A DNA stretch of 64,000 bases from the NCBI GenBank assembly GCA_018830005.1, contig JAHJTE010000002.1, positions 331,809 to 395,808 of the forward strand, given 5' to 3'. The notes below the pieces were generated by a model. That model had not been told where the DNA came from and did not search any database. It saw nothing but the letters and a program-made list of their open reading frames with translations. Numbering within the stretch: position 1 is the stretch's first letter; each line of letters opens with the position of its first letter. This DNA is from Candidatus Omnitrophota bacterium. Lineage in GTDB: Bacteria; Omnitrophota; Gorgyraeia; JAHJTE01. Positions 1 to 10,499 of the stretch are shown piece after piece. Made by a program: the position numbers and the translations under genes.

Positions 1-1202
1 AAAACTTTATAGCCATATCTATTTATAGTTTCAGACCGGCTAATTTCAGTTTCCTTAAGCATCTTAAGCGTCCCTATTGCTACGCTATCCAAGCGCAAAT
101 CAACAAGTTCATCTATTACATGCATAAATGAATTATAAGTTTCTCCTGGTAAGCCGAATATTATCTCTGTCGTAACATTAATGTTATTCTCGTGTGCCCA
201 TTTTACCGCCTCACGAAATTTTTCTAGCCTTATATTTTGCCTCCCGATATTTTTTAATACCGAGCCGGTCAACGTTTGGGAACTAATATTGAGCGGAATC
301 AAATCCCTTAATAACAAAATTATCTCTTTTATATTATTATTTACTTCCTTGTTGGTATATACGCGCAAGGCACTAGGATAGCTGCTCTTTGTTCGATTTT
401 GAGCAATGAATTTAGCTATCTCTAAATCTCTAGCAATAATACCGAAGTTTTCATCCGCAAAGCGAATTGTTCTATTTTTGGCATTGGCCTCTAAGTAACT
501 AATCTCTTTCTTTACTCTTTCTGTGTCAAATGAGCGTAGTCTATTCCAGGAATCCCTTGCAGAAACACAAAAAGAACATTTGAATGGACAACCTCTGCTA
601 GTCTGTAGAATCGGCATCAATTCGCTATTCAGAAATTGATCAAGGTATCCAGCCAGATAAGGCGACGGAAAAATATTGATATCTTCTATTAATGCCAATT
701 GTTTACCGCTGATTACTTGCTTCCTAGATCTAGATAAATAAAAGACACCATCAATAGAGGCTTGAAAAATAGCATCTCTGCCACCTTTAATGAAAACATT
801 TAGTAAATTAACAAAGGGAATCTCTCCCTCATTTGGAATCATAACATCTATACAAGGAAATTCCTCAAAATCCCTAAGACAATCTTGGGCTGTTTCAGGT
901 ACATTTGGTCCGCCTACAACTGTTATTATCTTTGGATACTTAGATTTCAAATAAGTTAATGCATTCGTAGTAAGCCAGCGACTCCAACCATACCAGGAGC
1001 ATCCAACAATATCAGGTTCTTTATTCTGAATCGCATTATGAAGCGACTCAAACGTCCTGAATAGCTTAATATCAACTGCCTCGCCTAATTTTGATACGGC
1101 ATAGGCCTTAATATAGCCTATTTCTAAAGGCACGGTAGCTGGACTAATCCCAAATTTGGTATTCGCAAGACTCGCTAAATATATCTGAACTTTTCTCTTC
1201 AA
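1..1202 (-). CDS. Cobalamin-binding (class B) radical SAM enzyme, partial; the C-terminus runs off the window edge
   Basis: My manual minus-strand translation gives an N-terminal B12-binding-like Rossmann region (…IVGCSWYGW…VVGGPNVPE…) followed by a CxxxCxxC cluster motif (SRGCPFKCSFCVSARDSW). It is absent from the ORF track because it is not closed within the window. The probable start is TTG at 1202, 9 nt downstream of the methyltransferase stop. Confidence 0.6.
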   Translation of the reverse strand, partial: MKRKVQIYLASLANTKFGISPATVPLEIGYIKAYAVSKLGEAVDIKLFRTFESLHNAIQNKEPDIVGCSWYGWSRWLTTNALTYLKSKYPKIITVVGGPNVPETAQDCLRDFEEFPCIDVMIPNEGEIPFVNLLNVFIKGGRDAIFQASIDGVFYLSRSRKQVISGKQLALIEDINIFPSPYLAGYLDQFLNSELMPILQTSRGCPFKCSFCVSARDSWNRLRSFDTERVKKEISYLEANAKNRTIRFADENFGIIARDLEIAKFIAQNRTKSSYPSALRVYTNKEVNNNIKEIILLLRDLIPLNISSQTLTGSVLKNIGRQNIRLEKFREAVKWAHENNINVTTEIIFGLPGETYNSFMHVIDELVDLRLDSVAIGTLKMLKETEISRSETINRYGYKV

Positions 1203-1211
1203 CTCAAACCT

Positions 1212-1883
1212 CTAAAAAATTAACCTAGATACCTTTTTCAACAGAAACATTACGTCAACATTGTCATCCTTGCGGTATTTGAGAAATTTTATCTTCTTAA
1301 CCCTTAAATCTTCAAATGTATCCGTGTAGATCTTCGGAAAATTTGTCTTCCAAAGCAAACTTTTCTTGCCTCTATAGTTGATTTCATTATAATCTTCGGC
1401 AAAATACTCAAACCCCCAAATATATTTACGACTGCATCTATGTATCTCGCTAATAGCTTTTTTTATATCTTTGGGATTAATATGTATGAGGACCCCTGAG
1501 GTAAAAACAATATCAAAATATTTATCCTTAAAAGGCAAATCAAAGATATTCCCTTTCAGGATATTAATATTTTTAGTTCTTTTTCTTGATAGTCTAAGTG
1601 CATAATCCTGTGGTTCAATGCCATACAAATTTTTAAAACCCATCTTTTGCAGACATAGTAATTGATTAGCGATGTTGCATCCTACTTCCAGAATCCTAGC
1701 ATTGCGGTCAATTTTATTTAGAAAAAGCCTATTTAGAGAAGTTCTTGTTATGCCGAAAAGGCTTTTGTATAATTTATCTAAGTCAGCAAGGGAATTATAA
1801 TTCCTATCAGTATAGGCCTTACCAAATTTGCCTGTCCATTCTTTTAACTGTTTGCTTCTCTTAACCATTATTTTTGCCTTCAA
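1212..1883 (-). CDS. Class I SAM-dependent methyltransferase, similar to pseudaminic-acid-associated methylases
   Basis: The 223 aa ORF has a glycine-rich SAM motif (ILEVGCNIANQL) and a DIVFTSGVLIHI motif II. It sits next to a PseA-like amidotransferase. Confidence 0.6.
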   Translation of the reverse strand: MKAKIMVKRSKQLKEWTGKFGKAYTDRNYNSLADLDKLYKSLFGITRTSLNRLFLNKIDRNARILEVGCNIANQLLCLQKMGFKNLYGIEPQDYALRLSRKRTKNINILKGNIFDLPFKDKYFDIVFTSGVLIHINPKDIKKAISEIHRCSRKYIWGFEYFAEDYNEINYRGKKSLLWKTNFPKIYTDTFEDLRVKKIKFLKYRKDDNVDVMFLLKKVSRLIF

Positions 1884-3006
1884 GTAGATCTTTATACACC
1901 GGTTCTTTCAAGAGCCATTCCTCATTAATCTTTTCAAAGATTTCCTGATTCCAAAATTTATCTGCTATATGCCAAAATTGCTTTGGTGTATAGCCGGCAA
2001 ATTTTATAAAATCTTCCATTATCCATGGATCTAATTTATGGTCATTTTCCATAATAAGCCTTTTACCTTCTTCCTTAGTCAAGCTTCCTTCTCTGATACG
2101 TCGGCTTACAATATCAGTTGTTCTCTGGAAGCCAAATTTAGGATACTTTAACCAGAAATTAAGCAGATAAGCAACGGAGTCTATTTGTTCGAAGTCTTCA
2201 ATATAGCCTTCTCTCTTCCATTCATGAGTTAGGTCTTTAAAGCCATACCTTTTGGCAATCTCAAGATGCTCTGTACTACTCCAGGGAATAAAATAGCTCA
2301 TAAAGATTACCTGTGGGTCTACGCGTTCAAGCTCTTCTTTTGTGGGTGGGATAAAGGGATTTAATTCTTTTTGAGAAAAGCCTTTTTTTAGCCAAAAATC
2401 AATATCTATTGTATTAAAACCTTGGGTGGTTTCATCTAATATATAGCTGTTAGCTGAATGAGTTTCGCTATCTTCCTTGCCACAATACTCGTATTCTGAA
2501 TTCTCCCCAAATACGACCAAAGAAATTCCAAGCTTTACAGCCATCTTCAAGCTAACAGTATAGGCAGCTACCTCTACAAAGCGTAAAGGATCACCAAATT
2601 CCTCAAAACCTATCCTTGCTGCGCGCCTTAAGACATCAGTACTTAAATTAAATAGGATATGATCACAATTAAAGGCATCACCAATATTGGTAAAATTACT
2701 CAATCCGGCCTTGGTCTTTGTGTATGGATCACCAACTGTTAGAAGAATCGGGTTCATCTTCATTTCAGTCTTGATCACATGAAGCAAGAAATGGCTATCC
2801 TTTCCACCACTTACCGGAACCATACAATCATAAGGACCATCGTCTCTTCTATATTTATCACAGAGCTTCTTTAACTCAGCTTTCCTTTTTGCCCAATTAA
2901 CACTCTTACGCCTTTCATAACTACGACAGGCCCCGCATACACCCTGTTTATCAAAGATAATTCTAGGCCTAGTATCAGGTAATAGACATCTTTTACAATA
3001 CTTCAT
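1861..3006 (-). CDS. N-acetyl sugar amidotransferase (PP-loop ATPase, PseA/PtmG/WbuX family)
   Basis: N-terminal MKYCKRCLLPDTRPRIIFDKQGVCGACRS zinc-ribbon and PP-loop SGGKDS motif; immediately downstream of pseB and pseC. Confidence 0.75.
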   Translation of the reverse strand: MKYCKRCLLPDTRPRIIFDKQGVCGACRSYERRKSVNWAKRKAELKKLCDKYRRDDGPYDCMVPVSGGKDSHFLLHVIKTEMKMNPILLTVGDPYTKTKAGLSNFTNIGDAFNCDHILFNLSTDVLRRAARIGFEEFGDPLRFVEVAAYTVSLKMAVKLGISLVVFGENSEYEYCGKEDSETHSANSYILDETTQGFNTIDIDFWLKKGFSQKELNPFIPPTKEELERVDPQVIFMSYFIPWSSTEHLEIAKRYGFKDLTHEWKREGYIEDFEQIDSVAYLLNFWLKYPKFGFQRTTDIVSRRIREGSLTKEEGKRLIMENDHKLDPWIMEDFIKFAGYTPKQFWHIADKFWNQEIFEKINEEWLLKEPVYKDLLEGKNNG

Positions 3007-3034
3007 TTTATTCCCCTCTCTTTTTCTAAATTAT

Positions 3035-4213
3035 CTAACATGATTTTATTTTATTAAATACATCGAAGATTATCCTTACAGTATACTTTATATCTTTATC
3101 ACTCATGCCTTGGTGCAAGGGAATGCTTATTTCTCTCTGATAGAATTCCTCAGCCTTAGGACATAATCCCTTTTTATATCCTAACTTTCTATAATAGGGA
3201 TGCCAATAAACAGGAATATAGTGAACCTGAACACCTATTCTGTTTTTTCTTAATTCATCGAAAATTAAACTCTTTTTAGAAATATACTTATTTTTCAGCC
3301 TTATTGGATACAAATGCCAAGAAGACTTTACGCCTTTGCCTTCAATCGGTAAATCAAAATAATCATTGTCCAAAAAGAGCTTTCTGTATTTTTCTACAAT
3401 TTCTCTTCTTCTTTTTATAAATCTATCTAATTTCTTCAGTTGAGATATTCCTAAGGCACATTGAAAATCAGTTATTCGATAATTAAAACCTAACTCCTGC
3501 ATCTCATAGAACCAAACGCCAATGGACTTAGTATTCTTAACGCTGAATTTTCTTCTCTCCTTAGTGATGCCGTGGCTACGAAGCAATAAAAGTCTTTCAT
3601 ATAGATCTTTCCTATTAGTTAAAACCGCCCCTCCTTCACCGGTTGTAATTGGCTTAACCGGATGAAAGCTAAAAACCGACATATCGGAATATTTACATGA
3701 GCCGATCTTAGCCCCAACGTAGTCTGCGCCTAATGCATGAGTTGCGTCTTCAATAACAATCAGATTATGCTTCTTTCTAATCTTATTGATTTCTCCTAAA
3801 TCACAAGGATGTCCGGCAAAATGAACGGGTATTAGGGCCTTTGTTTTCCTATTTATATTTTTTTTAATATTAACTGGCTCGATATTCGCTGAATCTTGCT
3901 GAATATCGGCAAAAACAGGCCTAGCCCCACAATAGAGAACACAATTTGCTGAAGCAACAAAGGTCAAAGGAGAAGTTATCACTTCATTGCAAGGTTCTAT
4001 TCCAGCTGCAAGGCAGGCAATATGCAACGCTGCGGTCCCGCTTGATACTGCAACTGCATATTGCGCATTGCAATAAGAAGAAAGCCTATTTTCAAATTCA
4101 CTTACCTTTGGTCCTTGAGTAAGCCAATCAGAATGCAAGACGCTGTTAACAGCTTTTAAGTCGTCACTATCTACAGATTGCCTCGAATAAGGTATAAATT
4201 TTCTATTAGGCAT
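3035..4213 (-). CDS. pseC: UDP-4-amino-4,6-dideoxy-N-acetyl-beta-L-altrosamine transaminase (DegT family)
   Basis: DegT/DnrJ/EryC1 PLP fold. The N-terminus YSRQSVDSDDLKAVNSVLHSDWLTQGPKV is typical of PseC. It has an 8-bp overlap with pseB. Confidence 0.8.
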   Translation of the reverse strand: MPNRKFIPYSRQSVDSDDLKAVNSVLHSDWLTQGPKVSEFENRLSSYCNAQYAVAVSSGTAALHIACLAAGIEPCNEVITSPLTFVASANCVLYCGARPVFADIQQDSANIEPVNIKKNINRKTKALIPVHFAGHPCDLGEINKIRKKHNLIVIEDATHALGADYVGAKIGSCKYSDMSVFSFHPVKPITTGEGGAVLTNRKDLYERLLLLRSHGITKERRKFSVKNTKSIGVWFYEMQELGFNYRITDFQCALGISQLKKLDRFIKRRREIVEKYRKLFLDNDYFDLPIEGKGVKSSWHLYPIRLKNKYISKKSLIFDELRKNRIGVQVHYIPVYWHPYYRKLGYKKGLCPKAEEFYQREISIPLHQGMSDKDIKYTVRIIFDVFNKIKSC

Positions 4214-5186
4214 TGTCTCTTTTTAATAACTTTTTCATCTGGCTCTTGGTAAGCCATCTCGGATTTTGATCACTACTATATCTAAAGCCATGATTTAATT
4301 TCTTCCCGCCTTTAAAATTTTTATCACTCCACCAATGAAAATCAGGCTCAATTATATAATAACCTTCGAATTCCCTCGTATGCCTAGCCTCATCTTCTGT
4401 CACCAATGCCTCGTGCATCTTCTCACCTGGTCTAATTCCTATTTGCTTAATCTTACAATCGGGAAGAATCAAATTTGCCAGATCTAAAATCTTCATACTG
4501 GGGATTTTTGGAACAAATACCTCGCCACCATTCATCATTTCAATACACTTAATAACAAAATTGACTCCTTGCTCTAAGGTAATCCAGAATCTTGTCATCC
4601 GCTTATCAGTAATTGTGAGCTCGCCAGATTTTTTCTGTTCTTTGAATTTTGGAATAACGCTTCCGCGACTTCCTATTACATTGCCATAGCGAACACAGCT
4701 AAACTTCGTTTTAGACTTTCCTGAATAAGAATTACCTTGAACAAAAATCTTTTCTGCACAAAGCTTTGTGGCCCCATATAGATTTATCGGGTTTACTGCC
4801 TTATCAGTGCTTAAAGCCATTACCTTATGTACTTTGTTATCTATAGCTGCATCTATTATATTCTGGGCACCGATGATGTTTGTCTTTACTGCCTCAAAAG
4901 GATTATATTCGCATGATGGCACCTGTTTTAAGGCCGCAGCGTGCACAACAATGTCAACGCTATCCATCGCCCTTTCTAATCTTTCTCTATCCCTTATATC
5001 GCCAATAAAAAATCTTAAATGTTCATTATTATTAAACTTTTTCTCCATCTCCCATTGCTTTAATTCATCCCGGCTAAAGATTCGTATAGCCTCTGGCTTA
5101 AATTTTTTCAGGACTATTTCTGTAAATTTTTGACCAAAAGATCCGGTTCCACCGGTGAGTAGTATTATTTTTCCATTCAAAGACAT
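4206..5186 (-). CDS. pseB: UDP-N-acetylglucosamine 4,6-dehydratase (inverting), FlaA1/CapD family
   Basis: LLTGGTGSFG Rossmann motif, SRDELKQWEM, and YGATKLCAEK catalytic YxxxK; near-colinear similarity to Helicobacter and Campylobacter PseB. Confidence 0.85.
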   Translation of the reverse strand: MSLNGKIILLTGGTGSFGQKFTEIVLKKFKPEAIRIFSRDELKQWEMEKKFNNNEHLRFFIGDIRDRERLERAMDSVDIVVHAAALKQVPSCEYNPFEAVKTNIIGAQNIIDAAIDNKVHKVMALSTDKAVNPINLYGATKLCAEKIFVQGNSYSGKSKTKFSCVRYGNVIGSRGSVIPKFKEQKKSGELTITDKRMTRFWITLEQGVNFVIKCIEMMNGGEVFVPKIPSMKILDLANLILPDCKIKQIGIRPGEKMHEALVTEDEARHTREFEGYYIIEPDFHWWSDKNFKGGKKLNHGFRYSSDQNPRWLTKSQMKKLLKRDNA

Positions 5187-5207
5187 AACGCCTCCTCCAA
5201 ATATTAT

Positions 5208-7556
5208 TTAAATCTTATTAAAAACCAGATTGAAAAGGAACTTTCTAAATCTAAATCTATTTGCATAGTCATCAATCCTGCTTGATAATGAAAGACTATT
5301 GCGCTGACTCAAAAATGAACGCATGTTTTTATCAGTCTTTATTAGATTAACTTTGCTAAGCCGGCAGACTAAGCTATCATAGTCTTGCTCGAGGAATCTA
5401 ATCTTAGAAAACCAATAGCGACTTGCCTGGAAATCCTTGGACTCATATTCTAAATATGATAGAAAAAAAAGACATTGGATATATTCATCTATCTCTTCAT
5501 CTAATATCTGCCAAATATAGCTAACCCTTTCCAACACTGTCTTTTCATGGATTAGGCCATATTCTGGCTTACTATATTGCAGTTTATAGAAAGATGTTAC
5601 TTTATTAACCCAACTATGCATATCCCCCATGGTAATCCATCTTAAGTCTTCTATCTTTAAGTCAGATAACAAATAATTGAACAAAAACGGCCTTTTCTCT
5701 ACCGCTTGCCTAAACAAATTATTGGCCTGTCTATAACGTTTAAGTTTTAATTGCTCAATCCCAGAGTTGAAAAGTTGCGAAAAAGGACTGCTGTTTTTAC
5801 CCTCTGAATTATTTATTCTATATCCTTCTAAAGAATAATTTAAAGAAACCTCATTAACATTCGGAACTTGATTGAATTTAATTCTTACTGGAACCTTATC
5901 AAAGACCTGGGCAAAAACATACCTTGCATTATCATTATATTTGTCAGTAGCAGAGAATCCTTTATAATGGGCAAATTCTACGGGTTTAATTTTATTCACA
6001 TAAATATCTTCAACACCAAGTTTATCTAGGCCGTAAGTATCTTCTAAATTGCTTCTGATCACGTTTGCGGCTCGTATAAAATCATAAGTCATGAAACTAT
6101 TCACCAGCTTACCCCTGAATAAAGCTAATTTTATTGCCATTAGATTAGGTAAACAAAGGAGAACGAGCAAAAAAACTAAGATTGTCTCCTTTGTCATTAT
6201 TTTTAATCTTGTCGAATCCAATAAATGCATAATAAAATAGAATAGAACAGAACAAAACGCAATACAAAATATTGGAGACAAAAAGATAAAATATCGAGAA
6301 GGAATAGGATTACGTAAATATAGATACCCTAAAGCAAAAAGATACCAAACCCCTAATGTTATAAGCGACTTGTTTTCGAGAACAAACTTTTTAATAAAGA
6401 TAATTATTATCAAAATCCCCAGTATAAGACTATAGGAGTCAAGCTGAAACGGTATAAAATGATAAGTCCGCACAGAGTCGATTAAGAAAACATTCGTCAA
6501 AGGATGTATAAATGAAGCCAAAATACCTAAAAATGGCACTAAAAAATTATATGGTATTAGGAGTCTCTTCGCACCGCCCATTGCAATCAATAACAAAGCT
6601 AAAACAAACAATGCTATTATTGATAGCCACTTTAATTTTTTTATAAAATGATTGAATTGGGGTAATCGTAATATTACCCTTAACGTAAATAAACAAAATG
6701 CTCCCGAAAAAAACATTATTAGATACTTTGTAAATATAGGGATGTTAACATTGTGGAAAAACATAAATAGGCGTGTCTCGCCAAATGCAAATGTAACTAA
6801 AGGATATATTAGATAAGTAGCAAATAGGGGTAACCAGATATCATACTTTCTAATTCTCTCATCATGATTTTTTGAGCAGAATAATATATGAGTCATTATC
6901 ATTGCAGGCAGAATAAAAATACTTGCCCGGCTAAAAGAAGCAACTAGATTAAATATCAAGGTTAAAATATAATAGCTTCTGTATTTTTTATTGCTGCTAA
7001 TGAGTTCGTCTGTTCTCAGATAAAAATTTAAAACAAATAAAATAAAAAAGACTACTATCAAGTGCTGAAAGGCCATTGGCCACATGTAGGCATGAAAATG
7101 GGCAAAAAGCGTCAGATATACTAAAGCGGAAAAAAAGCTGATTTTTGAATTTAGGCCCAATTTCTTACAGACAAAAAATAACAAAATAGAACAAGCAAAA
7201 TGAAATAAAACAGAGACAAATATGAAATACCTCGCTAATGGTCCAAACAAAGACATAATAATAAAGCTATAAATCTTTAATGATGCGCTTGCCTGTTCTA
7301 TTGGCAGCTGACTAAAGAAAAATCTAATTAATTGAAATACCGATAGATTCTTTGCCTCTTGTGCAACCGTGGGTAAAAGCCAGAGCAGATCTTCTTCAAA
7401 AAAAGTATTTATAGCATGTGAATAAATAACTTTTATAAATAACGCAGATAAAAATATGCCAACACAGATATAGATCAATCTTATCGTGTTTATTTGCGAA
7501 AGTTTACTTACTCTATTGTGAAAAAAATTCTTCATGTGATTATTGCCTGTCAACAA
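5208..7556 (-). CDS. Large polytopic membrane protein (GT-C / ArnT-PMT-like glycosyltransferase candidate) with a C-terminal soluble domain
   Basis: 782 aa. The first ~450 residues contain more than 10 hydrophobic helices, followed by a hydrophilic C-terminal ~300 aa domain. It lies within the glycan operon. The functional call is inferential. Confidence 0.4.
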   Translation of the reverse strand: MLTGNNHMKNFFHNRVSKLSQINTIRLIYICVGIFLSALFIKVIYSHAINTFFEEDLLWLLPTVAQEAKNLSVFQLIRFFFSQLPIEQASASLKIYSFIIMSLFGPLARYFIFVSVLFHFACSILLFFVCKKLGLNSKISFFSALVYLTLFAHFHAYMWPMAFQHLIVVFFILFVLNFYLRTDELISSNKKYRSYYILTLIFNLVASFSRASIFILPAMIMTHILFCSKNHDERIRKYDIWLPLFATYLIYPLVTFAFGETRLFMFFHNVNIPIFTKYLIMFFSGAFCLFTLRVILRLPQFNHFIKKLKWLSIIALFVLALLLIAMGGAKRLLIPYNFLVPFLGILASFIHPLTNVFLIDSVRTYHFIPFQLDSYSLILGILIIIIFIKKFVLENKSLITLGVWYLFALGYLYLRNPIPSRYFIFLSPIFCIAFCSVLFYFIMHLLDSTRLKIMTKETILVFLLVLLCLPNLMAIKLALFRGKLVNSFMTYDFIRAANVIRSNLEDTYGLDKLGVEDIYVNKIKPVEFAHYKGFSATDKYNDNARYVFAQVFDKVPVRIKFNQVPNVNEVSLNYSLEGYRINNSEGKNSSPFSQLFNSGIEQLKLKRYRQANNLFRQAVEKRPFLFNYLLSDLKIEDLRWITMGDMHSWVNKVTSFYKLQYSKPEYGLIHEKTVLERVSYIWQILDEEIDEYIQCLFFLSYLEYESKDFQASRYWFSKIRFLEQDYDSLVCRLSKVNLIKTDKNMRSFLSQRNSLSLSSRIDDYANRFRFRKFLFNLVFNKI

Positions 7557-8511
7557 ATTGCCTATTCTTTACTCTTTTTAAATACCATTGATAGGTAATC
7601 TCCAAGCCTGCTTTAAGCTCAACCTTTGGTTTCCAGCCTAAAGAAGTTAAACTACTTGTATCAAGCAGTTTCCTGAAAACCCCGTCTGGTTTCTTGGTAT
7701 CAAATTTAATAGTCCCTTTAAAACCCACGATTTTCTTTAGCAATAGACTTAGGCTTTTTATAGAAATATCCCTGCCAGTTCCGACATTGATAGGCTCTAG
7801 GAAATTGCTTTTATTCATAAGAAATATACCTGCATCCACCAAATCATCTACATATATAAACTCTCTTCGAGGTCTTCCGGAACCCCAAATAGTAACGCTC
7901 CTTTTTTTTCTAATCTTTGCTTCATGAAATCTTCGCATAAGTGCAGGAATTACATGAGAGTTATTTGGATTAAAATTATCATCTGGACCAAACGTAGTAG
8001 CTGGTATTACTGAAATAAAATTAGTTCTGTATTCTCGATTATAGGCTTGGCACATCTTGATGCCGGATAATTTTGCTACTGCATATGGCTCATTAGTCTG
8101 CTCCAGGGGACCACTCAATAAATACCCTTCCTTCATTGGTTGCGGACATTTCCTAGGATAAACACAGGAAGAAGCAAAAAACAAAAGCCTCTTTACTTTC
8201 ACCTGCCAAGCTGAGTGGATTACGTTAGCCTGAATTAATAAATTCTCATAAATTAATTCTGCCGGTTGTGAAATATTAGCTGCGATACCCCCTTCTTTAA
8301 CTGAAGGTAAAAAACAATATTCTACTCTTTCTTTTTTAAAAAACGAAAACACCTGCTTCTGATCAGTAAGATTAAGCTTGTATGCATCACTTAAAAACAA
8401 GTCAACAAACCCAAGCTGCTTCAACTTAAGAGATAAAGTTCGACCTACTAATCCACTGCCTCCGGCAATAAAAATTCTTGATTTCTTATTCATAGGCGCA
8501 AATTTGAGCAA
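7540..8511 (-). CDS. fcl: GDP-L-fucose synthase family (GDP-4-keto-6-deoxy-sugar 3,5-epimerase/4-reductase)
   Basis: [16 protein letters not shown] catalytic motif, and [14 protein letters not shown], typical of Fcl/WcaG. With HddA/HddC adjacent it could act on GDP-6-deoxyheptose instead of fucose. Confidence 0.8.
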   Translation of the reverse strand: MLKFAPMNKKSRIFIAGGSGLVGRTLSLKLKQLGFVDLFLSDAYKLNLTDQKQVFSFFKKERVEYCFLPSVKEGGIAANISQPAELIYENLLIQANVIHSAWQVKVKRLLFFASSCVYPRKCPQPMKEGYLLSGPLEQTNEPYAVAKLSGIKMCQAYNREYRTNFISVIPATTFGPDDNFNPNNSHVIPALMRRFHEAKIRKKRSVTIWGSGRPRREFIYVDDLVDAGIFLMNKSNFLEPINVGTGRDISIKSLSLLLKKIVGFKGTIKFDTKKPDGVFRKLLDTSSLTSLGWKPKVELKAGLEITYQWYLKRVKNRQFVDRQ

Positions 8512-8525
8512 AAATCCTATTGACC

Positions 8526-9728
8526 TTATTCCTTTAGAAAATTCCTGATTACGTTAAGAACGTAATCGAGTTCAGTTCTGCCCATATCCTGATGGATGCC
8601 GATATGTAAACCCTTTTCTCCCATATATTCTGCATTAGGAAATTCTCCTATTCTTTTTCCTAAAAATTTAAATCCGGGACATTGTGTGGGCATTGACAAA
8701 AAGAGATTACGCGTATCGATTCCATTTTTTTCTAAGAAGAAGACAAGCTTATCCCTGCTGAATTTAACGTCTTCAGCAATGATTATAGGAAAGGCATGTG
8801 GTCCGATCTCCTCATGAGGCTCTTCTTTAATCGTATAAAGAAAAGGCTCGAACTCTTTAAATTTCTCTATCATGTATAATAAATTTTGGCGTCTTTTTTT
8901 CAAAATCTGAGGGTAGATATCGATGTTGCCTAAGCCGATTGCTGCTTCTAATTCGTTCATCTTGGCCGAGAATCCTATGCGTTCAAAAATGAATCTAATG
9001 TCTCTATTTTGACCGTACTTGAATCTCTTGTCGCAATATCCGGAAGAGGTATTTAGTATGCAGCTTTCACATTTACAAGCTCTTCCGTGAGCCCTAAGGG
9101 AACGTAAAATTTCAGCAAAATCTCCTCTATCTGTAACAACCATGCCACCTTCTACTGTAGTTATCATATGTGCCACATAGAGACTAAAGGCCGCCATATC
9201 AGCCAATGTTCCTACCTGTCTTCCTTTGTATACTGTTCCATAGGCCTCAGCCGCATCCTCAATAACGAAAAGTTTATGTTTTTTGGCAATAGCGTTAATT
9301 GTATCCATTTCAGCAGGTTTACCCATAAGATGAACAGACATTATAGCCCTTGTCTTTTTAGTTATAGCTTCCTCTATTTTTAAAGGATCAATATTCAATG
9401 TCTTTCTATCAATATCGACAAATACAGGTGTAAAACCAGCCTGGAGAACAGAATTACCTGTACTAACAAAAGAAAGTGCTGGTACAATAATTTCATCGCC
9501 TCGCTTTGCACCAAAGTCATAGCAGACCGCCATGGCAAGACAATCAGCATCTGTTCCAGAACTTACGGCGATCGCCTCTTTTGTGCCGATAACATCAGCA
9601 AAGTTTTTCTCCAATTCTCTCACGTACTTGCCACCCGAAACTCTATTTGAAGAGAGAATCTTCTCAATAAGTTCTCTTGACTTATGGGTGATGGAAATAG
9701 TTCCAAAAGCAATTCTCATTTTTTTCAT
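8526..9728 (-). CDS. DegT/DnrJ/EryC1/StrS family sugar aminotransferase (PLP)
   Basis: 400 aa with the AVSSGTDA motif and PLP-lysine region of the DegT fold. Confidence 0.8.
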   Translation of the reverse strand: MKKMRIAFGTISITHKSRELIEKILSSNRVSGGKYVRELEKNFADVIGTKEAIAVSSGTDADCLAMAVCYDFGAKRGDEIIVPALSFVSTGNSVLQAGFTPVFVDIDRKTLNIDPLKIEEAITKKTRAIMSVHLMGKPAEMDTINAIAKKHKLFVIEDAAEAYGTVYKGRQVGTLADMAAFSLYVAHMITTVEGGMVVTDRGDFAEILRSLRAHGRACKCESCILNTSSGYCDKRFKYGQNRDIRFIFERIGFSAKMNELEAAIGLGNIDIYPQILKKRRQNLLYMIEKFKEFEPFLYTIKEEPHEEIGPHAFPIIIAEDVKFSRDKLVFFLEKNGIDTRNLFLSMPTQCPGFKFLGKRIGEFPNAEYMGEKGLHIGIHQDMGRTELDYVLNVIRNFLKE

Positions 9729-9788
9729 TTTTTATTTTTCCTAAAATATACTTAGGGTTCTCATCAAGGACTGCTGTGATCAATTCTT

Positions 9789-10499
9789 TCATTTTAAAAT
9801 TTTCTGGGCTTGCCGATATCTTTCTGGTGTTCCAATGTCAATAAAATCTGCGTCTGTCTTATACCCGTAAAAATCACTTTTAGTAATTTTGGGGAAAAGT
9901 TGTCGCTCTAGAGAAAAATTCTTATCAGATGGAATCATAGAAAATATCCTATTGTCAAAAAGATAAATCCCAGCACTTATAAAACAGCCTTCTCCTGTGT
10001 CCACTTTCTCATCAAATTTCAAAATCCTATCTGAATCCCCTATGCTAACAATGCCATAATCAGCTGCTTGTTCACTTTTAAGTAATACAGCTGAAAACAA
10101 TGCCTTTCTTTCGATATGAAACTTTATAAATTCCACAAGATCTAATTTACACAATGAATCCCCGTTTAAAACTAAAAAGGTAGGGCTTTTTATTAAGCTT
10201 TTAGCATTCTTTATTGCCCCTGCGGTACCCAATGGCTTTAACTCTTGGCTAAAACTTATCCTTAGATTCCTCAATTTATCCTTATAGTAGCTCTTAATTA
10301 AATCTGATTTATATCCTGTGCAAAGAATAAAGTGTTTAAATCCGAAGTTCGCAATATAATCAATCAGAATATCTAAAAAGGCGCGTCCATTAATTTCAGC
10401 CAGGACTTTTGGCCGATCATTCACAGCCGACTTAAGACGTTCGCCTTTTCCTCCACAAAGCAAAACTACATCTATAGATTCTGTCTCGATGCTATTCAT
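9789..10499 (-). CDS. hddC: Sugar-1-phosphate nucleotidyltransferase, D-glycero-alpha-D-manno-heptose-1-P guanylyltransferase-like
   Basis: LCGGKGERL nucleotidyltransferase motif; 236 aa; 4-bp ATGA overlap with the upstream GHMP kinase. The pairing is diagnostic of HddA/HddC. Confidence 0.6.
   Translation of the reverse strand: MNSIETESIDVVLLCGGKGERLKSAVNDRPKVLAEINGRAFLDILIDYIANFGFKHFILCTGYKSDLIKSYYKDKLRNLRISFSQELKPLGTAGAIKNAKSLIKSPTFLVLNGDSLCKLDLVEFIKFHIERKALFSAVLLKSEQAADYGIVSIGDSDRILKFDEKVDTGEGCFISAGIYLFDNRIFSMIPSDKNFSLERQLFPKITKSDFYGYKTDADFIDIGTPERYRQAQKILK

Noticed and set aside
4768-5133. 121-aa plus-strand ORF inside pseB
   Set aside because: Antisense to a strongly supported PseB. 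No motifs.
7540-8511. Calling this gene a bona fide GDP-fucose synthase implying fucose in the glycan
   Set aside because: No gmd (GDP-mannose 4,6-dehydratase) is adjacent, while HddA/HddC are. The family call is kept, but the substrate assignment is left open as GDP-6-deoxyheptose vs GDP-fucose.
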